Of a stretch of DNA of 64,000 nucleotides, positions 25,427-34,250 are shown piece by piece. Made by a program: the position numbers and the translations under genes. The notes beneath the pieces are model-generated. The model ran no database searches. It was not told the DNA's origin and saw nothing but the letters and a program-made list of their open reading frames with translations. The stretch's first letter is position 1; every line of letters starts with the position of its first letter. Origin of the DNA: an uncultured Saprospiraceae bacterium (GTDB taxonomy: Bacteria; Bacteroidota; Bacteroidia; Chitinophagales; Saprospiraceae); NCBI GenBank assembly GCA_964533625.1, contig CAZHNF010000010.1:11875-75874 (forward strand), given 5' to 3'.

Positions 25427-26724
25427 GATATACAGTAGCAATTGTAGGGAGACCCAACGTAGGAAAATCAACTTTATTCAACAGACTTATTGGTTATCGA
25501 AAATCCATTGTTGACGATATTAGTGGTGTTACGAGAGATAGAATCTACGACGTAGTAGACTGGAATGGTAAGAAATTCTACATCATTGATACAGGAGGAT
25601 TTGTTGCCCATTCTGATGATGTCTTTGAAAAGGAAATTCGTAAACAAGTGGAATTAGCTATACAAGAATCCAGCTCAATTATTTATATGGTTGATGTGTT
25701 AACGGGTATTACGGACTTAGATCTTTTTGTTGCTAATCTACTTCGTAAGGTTAAGAAGAAAAAATTTCTTGTGGTCAATAAAGTGGATAATCATGAAAGA
25801 TTATTGATGGCACAAGAATTCTGGAGTCTTGGTTTTGATGAATTATTTCCAATTTCGGCAATAACAGGAAGTGGAACTGGCGAATTACTGGATGAAATTT
25901 CAAAGCTTGTTCCGGAAGAAGAAATATCAACGCCCGATATACCAAAATTTGCCATCATCGGACAGCCAAATGTGGGTAAGTCATCACTAACGAATGTGTT
26001 GTTGGGAGAAGATCGAAATATGGTCACTGAAATCGCCGGTACAACAAGAGATCCAATTCATTCTGAGTATAATAAATTTGGAAAAAATTTTATTCTCATT
26101 GATACCGCAGGTATTCGAAAGAAATCAAGAGTTTCGGAGGATCTTGAATTTTATTCTGTAATGCGTGCTGTTAATAGTATTGAAGAGTCAGATGTTTGCT
26201 TTTTAGTTATCGACGCAACACTAGGTTTGGAAATGCAGGATATGGAATTAATTTCTTTGGTGATAAAAAGAAATAAAGGCTTGGTTATACTAGTTAACAA
26301 ATGGGATCTACTTCAAAAGGAAACTAATACGGCTAATCAATTCGAGAAAAAAATTAAAGAAAAGTTGGCTCCATTTACGGATGTTCCTATACTATTTATT
26401 TCAGCTCTTGAAAAGCAAAGAGTTTTTCAAGCAGCAGAAAAAGGACTTGAGGTCTTTCAAAATCGCCGCAAGAAGATTAGTACTTCCAAACTTAATGAAG
26501 TAATGCTTGAAGCAATTTCTAAAATACCTCCTCCTGCTTATAGAAACCACTTAATAAAAATCAAATACATTACTCAGATTGAAAAGGAATACCCTTTGTT
26601 TGCTTTTTTTTCTAATTATCCGGATCAAATAAAGGGAAGTTATAAACATTATCTGGAAAATCAATTAAGAGAAAAATTCGGATTTACAGGTACTCCAATC
26701 AGAATGATTTTTAAAGAAAAATAA
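25423..26724 (+). CDS. der: Ribosome-associated GTPase Der/EngA
   Basis: 433 aa. Two tandem GTPase domains (GRPNVGKSTLFN and GQPNVGKSSLTN; NKVD and NKWD) plus a C-terminal KH-like domain. ATGA overlap with era. Confidence 0.92.
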   Translation: MRYTVAIVGRPNVGKSTLFNRLIGYRKSIVDDISGVTRDRIYDVVDWNGKKFYIIDTGGFVAHSDDVFEKEIRKQVELAIQESSSIIYMVDVLTGITDLDLFVANLLRKVKKKKFLVVNKVDNHERLLMAQEFWSLGFDELFPISAITGSGTGELLDEISKLVPEEEISTPDIPKFAIIGQPNVGKSSLTNVLLGEDRNMVTEIAGTTRDPIHSEYNKFGKNFILIDTAGIRKKSRVSEDLEFYSVMRAVNSIEESDVCFLVIDATLGLEMQDMELISLVIKRNKGLVILVNKWDLLQKETNTANQFEKKIKEKLAPFTDVPILFISALEKQRVFQAAEKGLEVFQNRRKKISTSKLNEVMLEAISKIPPPAYRNHLIKIKYITQIEKEYPLFAFFSNYPDQIKGSYKHYLENQLREKFGFTGTPIRMIFKEK

Positions 26725-26790
26725 ATTATTCTTGTATTTAATTGGCATTGTATTTTATTAATTTTTAGCATTACATTTTAATGAAGTTAG

Positions 26791-27324
26791 ATGAAAGTTA
26801 AAAAAACGAAAATCGACGGTGTTCTTATACTTGAGCCGACGGTGCATGAAGACGACCGTGGATATTTTTTTGAATCCTATAATCGAAAGACGCTTCAGGA
26901 AATTGGAATTACAACTGAATTCGTGCAGGATAACGAAGCAAAGTCGTTATATGGAGTTATTCGCGGATTGCATTATCAAAAAGATAACTACGCTCAAGCT
27001 AAATTGATAAGAGTAACACAAGGGCGAGTGTTGGATGTAATTCTGGATATTCGTAAAAATAGTAAGACTTATGGGCGATGTATTTCTATAGTTATTTCAG
27101 CAAAAAATAAGAAGCAGATATTTATTCCTCGCGGATTAGCCCATGGATATAGTGTACTTTCCAGTACGGCCGTATTTAACTATAAATGTGATAATTACTA
27201 CTATGCAGATTATGAAGCTGGAGTCAATCCTTTGGATTCGAATCTAAAAATTGATTGGAAAATAGATTCGGTGGACCAAATTATTTCAACCAAAGATAAA
27301 AGTTGGCCTGGTTTTGATCTATGA
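26791..27324 (+). CDS. rfbC: dTDP-4-dehydrorhamnose 3,5-epimerase
   Basis: 177 aa. ..IDGVLILEP.VHEDDRGYFFESYN..IRGLHYQ..QAKLIRV..G.VLDV..D.R..S.TYG.. is the RmlC cupin pattern. Confidence 0.9.
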   Translation: MKVKKTKIDGVLILEPTVHEDDRGYFFESYNRKTLQEIGITTEFVQDNEAKSLYGVIRGLHYQKDNYAQAKLIRVTQGRVLDVILDIRKNSKTYGRCISIVISAKNKKQIFIPRGLAHGYSVLSSTAVFNYKCDNYYYADYEAGVNPLDSNLKIDWKIDSVDQIISTKDKSWPGFDL

Positions 27325-28202
27325 TTAAAGTTCTAGTTACAGGTGCAGGAGGTCAAATTGCCGAAGAGCTTCGCGAACTAAGTATGCGGATTTCTAATCC
27401 TTGGATAAATTTTGTTTTCTTAAATAAAGCAGAATTGGATATCGCTAATATAGATCAAACTAAACTTCAATTAAAAAACCATTTGCCTCAGTATATTATT
27501 AATACCGCTGCCTATACCAAGGTGGACCAAGCTGAAAAGGAAAGTGAATACTGTTATTCGGTTAATTTAGACGCCGCTATTCATCTTGCTATTACATGCA
27601 AGAATCAAAATATTCGTTTTATACATTTTTCTTCGGATTATGTTTTTCATGATCTCCATAATCATCAACCGTATAAAGAAGATCATTTAAAAAATCCACA
27701 AGGAGTATATGCCAAGTCAAAATCAATGGCAGAGGATAAAATAATGGAGTTAAATTCTGATGCTACAATACTTCGTTGTTCATGGATATATTCGTCTTAT
27801 GGTCATAACTTTGTCAAAACCATTTTGAAACTTTCTAAAACCCATAATGAAATAAAAGTAGTAAACGATCAAATCGGTTCTCCTACTTATGCAGCTAACA
27901 TTGCGGAACTTCTTCTTGATATTATTTATCATGAAGTTATTAAAGATAAAAAAATTAATGGGATATATCATTATTGTAACGAAGGATTTACAAGCTGGTA
28001 TGATTTTGCGAAGTCTATTATTGAAATAAGTAATCTGGAGACTGATATTCTGCCAATATCAACTAAAGAATATAATGCTTTAGCACTCAGACCTCCGTAT
28101 AGTGTATTAGATTGTTCAAAAATAAAAAATGCATTAGGCATCTCTATACCTTTTTGGACGGATAGCCTCAAATTATGTTTGAATAAAATGCACATTGGAT
28201 GA
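27321..28202 (+). CDS. rfbD: dTDP-4-dehydrorhamnose reductase
   Basis: 293 aa. N-terminal VLVTGAGGQIA Rossmann motif, SSDYVF, YAKSK (YxxxK), and PTY... This is the RmlD pattern. 4-nt overlap with rfbC. Confidence 0.88.
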   Translation: MIKVLVTGAGGQIAEELRELSMRISNPWINFVFLNKAELDIANIDQTKLQLKNHLPQYIINTAAYTKVDQAEKESEYCYSVNLDAAIHLAITCKNQNIRFIHFSSDYVFHDLHNHQPYKEDHLKNPQGVYAKSKSMAEDKIMELNSDATILRCSWIYSSYGHNFVKTILKLSKTHNEIKVVNDQIGSPTYAANIAELLLDIIYHEVIKDKKINGIYHYCNEGFTSWYDFAKSIIEISNLETDILPISTKEYNALALRPPYSVLDCSKIKNALGISIPFWTDSLKLCLNKMHIG

Positions 28203-30874
28203 ATCGTTATTGGGTCATATTATTAGCCTTATTCACTTGCGTCTACTCTTATGCTACACATAATCGAGCAGGAGAAATTCGTTATAGGCAGTTGAATGAC
28301 CTTACCATTATAGCAGAGTTAATTACTTATACCAAAACTTCCAGTATTGCAGCGGATCGCGATTCCATTGTGTTTGATTGGGGTGATGGAACAAATAGTA
28401 ACGTATCGCGGGATAATGGTAAAGGTTTTATTTTGCCTAATGATACTAAAATGAACATTTACGAGATGAGTCACACTTATCCGGGACGTGGAGAATATAT
28501 CATAAGTGTATTTGATCCTAACCGAGTTGAAAATATACTCAATATCGACCCCCCTAATTCTGTAAATATTCCATTTTTTATTCAAACTACAATTAAGCTT
28601 TTTAATATCAATTTTCAAGGCATTAATCATTCTCCTATTCTGACAAATCCACCCATAGACATTGCCTGTCTCCACCAAACATTTGTGCATAATCCTGGGG
28701 CATTTGATCTGGATGGCGATAGTATCACATATAGTCTAATTGTTCCTCTTATGGATGTTGGAGCACAGGTGCCCAACTATCTATTTCCCAATCAAATTAG
28801 GCCTGGTCTCAATAATAATATTTCATTTGATACAAGAAATGGAACATTTGTCTGGGATGCTCCGCAACAGGAAGGGGAATATAATATTGCAATTGCAATT
28901 AACGAATATAGAAAAGGTCAACTTATTAGTTCGACCATTCGGGATATGCAAATATTAGTAATAGCAGATTGCATTAAGAATAATCCTCCAACTATTTCAA
29001 ATGTAAAAGATACGTGTATAATAGCTGGCGATCAAATCAATACAATATTTATTATTGATGATCCAGACCGGTTGCAAAGAGGTGGTATGGTTAAGGTAGA
29101 AGCTTTTGGAGCACCATTTATAATTCCTCCAGTTTCTACCACAAGTGGGAATAAAAAATTTGAACCAACTCCTTATCCATATCAATTCATTTGGAATACC
29201 GATTGCGCACATGTGCGAAATGAATACTATACATTGATAATTAAGGCTACTGATAATTTTTATGATTCTACCGGATTAAGTACTACCAATCTCTATCGCA
29301 TAAAAGTATTAGGTCCGGCACCTGAAAATCTACAATCTACTTCTTCACAGTCCAATATTCTTTTGGAATGGGATTATCCATATTCCTGTGACTCTATCGA
29401 TAGTCCTTTTAAGGGATTTTCAGTCTGGAGAAGAGAAAGCATTGGTCCGAATATTGATACTTGTACACCAGGATTGGAATATTATGGTTATCAAAGAATC
29501 AATTATTTAACCAATCAAAAATTGAATAACAAATATTATTATCTAGATACAACTGCAGGTCGAAACAAAAACTATTGTTACAGAGTGCAGGCTGAATTTG
29601 CATCGGTAAGTTCCGGTGGTTTTTTATATAACTTTACCCCTTCCTTGCCATCTAATGAAACATGTAATAATGTTAAGACAAATGAGCCCTTGTTATTGAA
29701 TGTCGATGTTATTAGTACTTCAGCAAATCTAGGTGACATTTTTGTAAAATACCACAAGCCAATTATACCCTATTTCGATACCACAATTCTTAAGCCACCT
29801 TACCTTGTAAAAATTTTACATTCTGTCAATGCAGGACAATTCAATGAAATTGTCCCTCAAACTAAATCTTTCGGATCATATAATGCCTGGACTGATACTT
29901 CATTTGTTCACTCTTCACTTAATACATTAGACGGAAATCATGCCTATCGCATACAAATCCAAGCTTTAAATTCAAATGAAATTGTATCAGAGTCTGCTTC
30001 TCAAATTTTTCTCAATGCCTTTAATGCACCATCTGCTATAAGACTTCAGTGGGAAGTAGATGTTCCCTGGGAAAATTATCATTATTCTATTTATCGTAAA
30101 GCCAATAATTCATTAGTGTTTGACTCCATTGGGCAAACCACACTTAATTCATATCTAGATTATAAGATAGAGATCGATTCAGCTTATTGTTATTATATAA
30201 AAGGATTGGGACAGTATTACAACAATGACATTGAATTTCCATTGATTAACAGGTCTAATCAAAGATGTATTAAAGCTTTGGATTCTACTCCACCCTGTTG
30301 TCCTATTTTAAGCATTGATGGTCCTTGTGAACTTGGAGATTCCACGGAATTTTTAATCATACATTTAAAATATAAAGAGGACAGTTGTCAATCAAGGGAT
30401 TTAGCTTATTTTAACTTGTACCGAATTCAGGGGGATCTTGTAGAATTAATTGTGGAAAAGATAGATAAGAATAGCCAAGAAATTAAAGTTCCATACAATT
30501 CGGCTTCTCATTCAGCATACTTAATAGAGGCCATAAATCTTCGAGGGAATTCCTGCAGAACACCAACTGCGGTGAGTGTGTTATGTCCTGAATATGTTCT
30601 ACCAAATACCTTTACTCCAAATGGGGACCAGTATAATGATGTGTTTAAACCAATTACTAAAAGACAGATCTCAAATGTCGATTTTAAGGTGATTAATCGG
30701 TGGGGAAACACAGTTTTTAAAACAAGTGATCCGGAGTTAAATTGGGACGGAACAAATCAGCAAGGAATAAAAGTAAGTGATGGAACATATTATTATTCGT
30801 GTCTAGTCAACTACTTTGATCAGAGAAAACCAGTTATGCTCAATGGATTTATAGAAGTATTTAGTGGAGATTAA
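28199..30874 (+). CDS. T9SS type B sorting-domain cell-surface protein
   Basis: 891 aa. Signal peptide. N-terminal ATHNRAGEIRYRQL.. module. C-terminal FTPNGDQYNDVFKP..VINRWGNTVF..DGTYYYS. The start overlaps the rfbD stop (ATGA at 28199-28202). Confidence 0.85.
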   Translation: MNRYWVILLALFTCVYSYATHNRAGEIRYRQLNDLTIIAELITYTKTSSIAADRDSIVFDWGDGTNSNVSRDNGKGFILPNDTKMNIYEMSHTYPGRGEYIISVFDPNRVENILNIDPPNSVNIPFFIQTTIKLFNINFQGINHSPILTNPPIDIACLHQTFVHNPGAFDLDGDSITYSLIVPLMDVGAQVPNYLFPNQIRPGLNNNISFDTRNGTFVWDAPQQEGEYNIAIAINEYRKGQLISSTIRDMQILVIADCIKNNPPTISNVKDTCIIAGDQINTIFIIDDPDRLQRGGMVKVEAFGAPFIIPPVSTTSGNKKFEPTPYPYQFIWNTDCAHVRNEYYTLIIKATDNFYDSTGLSTTNLYRIKVLGPAPENLQSTSSQSNILLEWDYPYSCDSIDSPFKGFSVWRRESIGPNIDTCTPGLEYYGYQRINYLTNQKLNNKYYYLDTTAGRNKNYCYRVQAEFASVSSGGFLYNFTPSLPSNETCNNVKTNEPLLLNVDVISTSANLGDIFVKYHKPIIPYFDTTILKPPYLVKILHSVNAGQFNEIVPQTKSFGSYNAWTDTSFVHSSLNTLDGNHAYRIQIQALNSNEIVSESASQIFLNAFNAPSAIRLQWEVDVPWENYHYSIYRKANNSLVFDSIGQTTLNSYLDYKIEIDSAYCYYIKGLGQYYNNDIEFPLINRSNQRCIKALDSTPPCCPILSIDGPCELGDSTEFLIIHLKYKEDSCQSRDLAYFNLYRIQGDLVELIVEKIDKNSQEIKVPYNSASHSAYLIEAINLRGNSCRTPTAVSVLCPEYVLPNTFTPNGDQYNDVFKPITKRQISNVDFKVINRWGNTVFKTSDPELNWDGTNQQGIKVSDGTYYYSCLVNYFDQRKPVMLNGFIEVFSGD
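30590..30871 (+). other. T9SS type B sorting domain of the 891-aa protein
   Basis: The last 94 aa read EYVLPNTFTPNGDQYNDVFKPI..FKVINRWGNTVFKT..WDGTNQQG..VSDGTYYYSCLV..GFIEVF. Confidence 0.8.
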
Positions 30875-30881
30875 TAAAATT

Positions 30882-31469
30882 ATGTTTACCGGAATTATAA
30901 AATCAATTGGAGTAGTCAAAACTATGATTAAAGAAGGGTCCAATTTAAAATTGGAGATATCTTCTTCCATAAGCAAAGATTTAAAAGTTGACGAAAGTGT
31001 CAGTCACAATGGTGTATGTCTTACCATAATAAAAAGTAATAAAAAATCACACTGGGTTCAGGTTATTAAAGAAACTTTAGATAAAACTACTCTGTCAGAA
31101 ATCAAACTCAATGATCCAATTAATCTTGAGCGTTCTATTAAGGCTAATGAATTATTAGGCGGTCACATTGTTCAAGGACATGTCGATACAGTATTGGAGA
31201 TTCAGGAGATTAAGCAACAGAAAGGCAGTGATGAATGGTGGATTAAAATCAAAAAGAAATATAAATTATTGGTTATTCCTCAAGGGTCTATTTGCATAAA
31301 TGGAGTGAGTTTAACTATTGCTGATATTAGACCTACCGCAATAAAAGTTTGCTTAATTCCTTTTACACTAAAACATACTAATTTGCAATATCTGAAATCC
31401 GGAGACAGGGTCAATGTTGAATTTGATGTGTTTGGTAAGTATATTCAGCGAATTTATCAATTTAAATAG
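30882..31469 (+). CDS. ribE: Riboflavin synthase (alpha chain)
   Basis: MFTGIIKSIG.. is the canonical N-terminus. Two lumazine-binding repeats (..SHNGVCLT.. and ..INGVSLTI..). ATG 30882 is preferred over the track's GTG 30864. Confidence 0.88.
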   Translation: MFTGIIKSIGVVKTMIKEGSNLKLEISSSISKDLKVDESVSHNGVCLTIIKSNKKSHWVQVIKETLDKTTLSEIKLNDPINLERSIKANELLGGHIVQGHVDTVLEIQEIKQQKGSDEWWIKIKKKYKLLVIPQGSICINGVSLTIADIRPTAIKVCLIPFTLKHTNLQYLKSGDRVNVEFDVFGKYIQRIYQFK

Positions 31470-31523
31470 TTTAAAAGATTTATTTGCTATAATCAATTTT
31501 AGGGATATTTTATTAGAATCGAA

Positions 31524-32225
31524 TTAGAACCCCTTCATTCGTGCTAGATACTCCTCGCTATATTCATCTGATTGATTTCTGATAATAAACTCATTTATGT
31601 TTAAGGAAAAATATTTTTTTCGATATTCAAGAATAACTATTGAAGGCTTGGAATCAGTTTTATTTTTTACATAAATCAATTGGCTCATACTCAATCCATT
31701 CATTCCCATATAATAGCTCCATCTCCACTCATTGTCTAAAGATGTTGAAATAATTACCCTTCCGTTTGGCGTTAAGTAATGTAAGCATGCCTGACAAAAA
31801 CTATAAAGAAATCCATCGGCTGTATGTCTAAAGTTATTTCTATCATCGGATATTGATTTTAATTGATTAATAAAATAAGGGGGGTTGCTGACTATTAAAT
31901 CAAAAGATTCATCAGTGTTGTAGTTCTCGATTGAATTTAATAGAAATTTTAAATTAACTAATTTTGGATTCTTTTGAAGTGATTGGCTGGCTAATTGTAT
32001 AGCTTCGGAGGAATAATCAATACCTATAATATCTGCCTTTGTGTTGTGATTGGCAAGTAATAATGAAATAATACCTATGCCACAACCAATGTCCAGAACT
32101 TTGGTATAAGGTATTTGAGCGGCTAATGATGCTACAATTCGAGAATCGGTGGATACTTTCATCCAATTCTCAGATTGAATGATTTTTAATCCTCCAACTT
32201 GAAATAAACTTAAATCTCCACTCAA
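31524..32225 (-). CDS. SAM-dependent N6-adenine methyltransferase of the tRNA1(Val) m6A37 TrmN6/YfiC type
   Basis: 233 aa. FQVGGLKIIQ....MKVSTDS, LDIGCGIGIISL (SAM motif I), SNPPYF (motif IV). TTG start, 9 nt after the upstream lipoprotein stop. Confidence 0.7.
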   Translation of the reverse strand: MSGDLSLFQVGGLKIIQSENWMKVSTDSRIVASLAAQIPYTKVLDIGCGIGIISLLLANHNTKADIIGIDYSSEAIQLASQSLQKNPKLVNLKFLLNSIENYNTDESFDLIVSNPPYFINQLKSISDDRNNFRHTADGFLYSFCQACLHYLTPNGRVIISTSLDNEWRWSYYMGMNGLSMSQLIYVKNKTDSKPSIVILEYRKKYFSLNINEFIIRNQSDEYSEEYLARMKGF

Positions 32226-32234
32226 TGTAGGGGA

Positions 32235-34244
32235 TTATTTTATATCGTCAATCGTGCGAATGACAATCTGAGGCTTGTTAAAATAACTTACCACACCAAT
32301 GACGCTAACCTTATTGGTTGGAAAAGGAGTAGCGGCAAAATTAGATTGACTTCTTGTAAAAAGTTCAATCATTCCTGTGGCGTCCGTAAGAACGCATGAG
32401 CCTGAAAATGTACCTCCAGAGGATTTACTGATGGTTACATCATTTATTTTTACCAGTTGGCTTTCAAGGTTATCTTGCATCGATAAGATGTCCGAAATGG
32501 AAATATTTTTTGGAATAATGTTATTGCCTGAACTAATAAAGCTTGCTAAGGAACCTGGAATGTTATTTAATTGTAATAGTCCATTAAATTCTGATAATTC
32601 GATGCCTTTAATTCGTATCTCCACTAAATCGCCTAAATTAAAATTATGGTTGGAGGTGAATCGAACCGTAATTCCGGCCGTTGAATCCTGTAAATAAATA
32701 TTCTGAGTTACTATATTCAGAGCAGTACGTTCAGAAGTGACTATTCCTTTAATTAAGTAATCATCTAGAATGTTGGTCGCTGTTCCTGTAAATAAATTTC
32801 TAATATCTCGAATTGTTTTTAATTGAGCATTGGATTGTACTAAAGTGATATCATTAAGATTTCTAAGTAATACCTGTTTGTTATCGAATTCACTAACGAT
32901 AACGGTTAAATCGACAAGGCCAGTGGGGAAATCGCTTTTCGCGAATACTGCTGAAGAACTGGTAAATAAATAAATGGAGTCTGCACCTTGATTAACCTTA
33001 ACATTGAATTCATAGGTTGTGCCAGAACCTTTGCTCAATGAAACACCTTTTAAAACAATTAAGCTTCCTTCGAAAGATTCAAAATTTGAATTTAAACTAG
33101 GTATAGTAATTTCCTTAGGATTTACTGTTATGGTATTAGAAACTATGGTAGCATTACTAAGTGGAACGTTATTGAGTTGCAAAAGGCCGCGGAATTCATT
33201 GAGCTCTATTCCATTAACAATAACCTCTACTTCTTGATTCAAATTGAAATTGTGGGCAGCTGAAAAACGCAAGTTTATTCCCCCAGAAAGATCTTGTATA
33301 AATAGATTTTGACTATTGATATTCTTTGCATCTTTATCTGAGATGATTTTTCCGCGAATCTTATAATTTTTAGCTACCGTAGTACTCGAACCTGTATACA
33401 AATTTCTGATTTGCTTTATATCAACAAGTTCTTCTGATCCTGTATTGCCATTACAAGGTGTATTAATAAATTTTATCTCATTGGTATCTCGTAGATACAG
33501 TTGAATATTCGAGTTGAATTTTCCGAGCACAGCGACTATACTCCCGTTGGAGGATGGAGTAATATAATTCACGAAAGAAGAAAAGTCACTGGTATGTAAA
33601 AGAATAGTATTGTTGCTGCAATCTGTTAGAGTTAGATCGACAAAACTACCACCTCCTGGATTTGCAATCGTTTTTGAGACATCTGAGCGTTTAAACTCCA
33701 CATTCTCTAATTCAATTAAAGTGCTTAAATGTTCAGATTTCAATAAATTAATCTGAACTTTCTTCGGAATAACGGTTTGATTTCTTGGTCCTGGAAATAG
33801 GTAATTCGGCACATCGGTAGCTTCGATGAATTTTAATTGTTCTCTGCCATTAACCGTTTCAGTTCCCTTGCCAAGCTGTATTAATCCACCATAATCTCCA
33901 ATGGTAAGACCTTTACAAATGATTCCTATTTTTGAATTTTGAGGAAATTTAGAATATAAACCTTGGTCATTAATTTTTATTACAATTCCCCCAGTAGAGT
34001 CCTGTAATACCAGCGTTTTGTAAAAATTACCAGACTCGTCATCAGCAATTACAACACCTATAATATTGATATCGCTGGTAATGTTTACATATTTACCTGC
34101 GATATAAAGTTGTTTTAAGTCTGCTATCGTAGCATTGGCCTTAAAGGGAATTTCTATTTCTTTTACCGGTGGTTGATCAAATTCCCGATCTACACAAGAA
34201 CCTAAAAAAACTATAAAGCCAAATAATAAAAGACGCAATTTCAT
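32235..34244 (-). CDS. Lipoprotein built of three ~200-aa repeats of OB-like modules (putative surface ligand-binding partner of the adjacent TBDR-like protein)
   Basis: 669 aa. Lipobox FLGSC followed by acidic residues. Three units, each containing ..I.G.[IV]....[nonpolar]..Q[DS].[ST].GI..[RK]...........V.....G.EL.EF.GLLQLN plus a second small beta-rich subdomain. The start lies 6 nt after the TBDR-like stop. Confidence 0.8.
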   Translation of the reverse strand: MKLRLLLFGFIVFLGSCVDREFDQPPVKEIEIPFKANATIADLKQLYIAGKYVNITSDINIIGVVIADDESGNFYKTLVLQDSTGGIVIKINDQGLYSKFPQNSKIGIICKGLTIGDYGGLIQLGKGTETVNGREQLKFIEATDVPNYLFPGPRNQTVIPKKVQINLLKSEHLSTLIELENVEFKRSDVSKTIANPGGGSFVDLTLTDCSNNTILLHTSDFSSFVNYITPSSNGSIVAVLGKFNSNIQLYLRDTNEIKFINTPCNGNTGSEELVDIKQIRNLYTGSSTTVAKNYKIRGKIISDKDAKNINSQNLFIQDLSGGINLRFSAAHNFNLNQEVEVIVNGIELNEFRGLLQLNNVPLSNATIVSNTITVNPKEITIPSLNSNFESFEGSLIVLKGVSLSKGSGTTYEFNVKVNQGADSIYLFTSSSAVFAKSDFPTGLVDLTVIVSEFDNKQVLLRNLNDITLVQSNAQLKTIRDIRNLFTGTATNILDDYLIKGIVTSERTALNIVTQNIYLQDSTAGITVRFTSNHNFNLGDLVEIRIKGIELSEFNGLLQLNNIPGSLASFISSGNNIIPKNISISDILSMQDNLESQLVKINDVTISKSSGGTFSGSCVLTDATGMIELFTRSQSNFAATPFPTNKVSVIGVVSYFNKPQIVIRTIDDIK

Positions 34245-34250
34245 TTATTT

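Noticed and set aside
28319-29212. Internal ORFs in the 891-aa T9SS cargo gene: antisense 28319-28690 (123 aa) and 28997-29212, and same-strand alternative-frame 28740-28958.
   Set aside because: They are shadow ORFs in an AT-rich gene with no signal or motifs.
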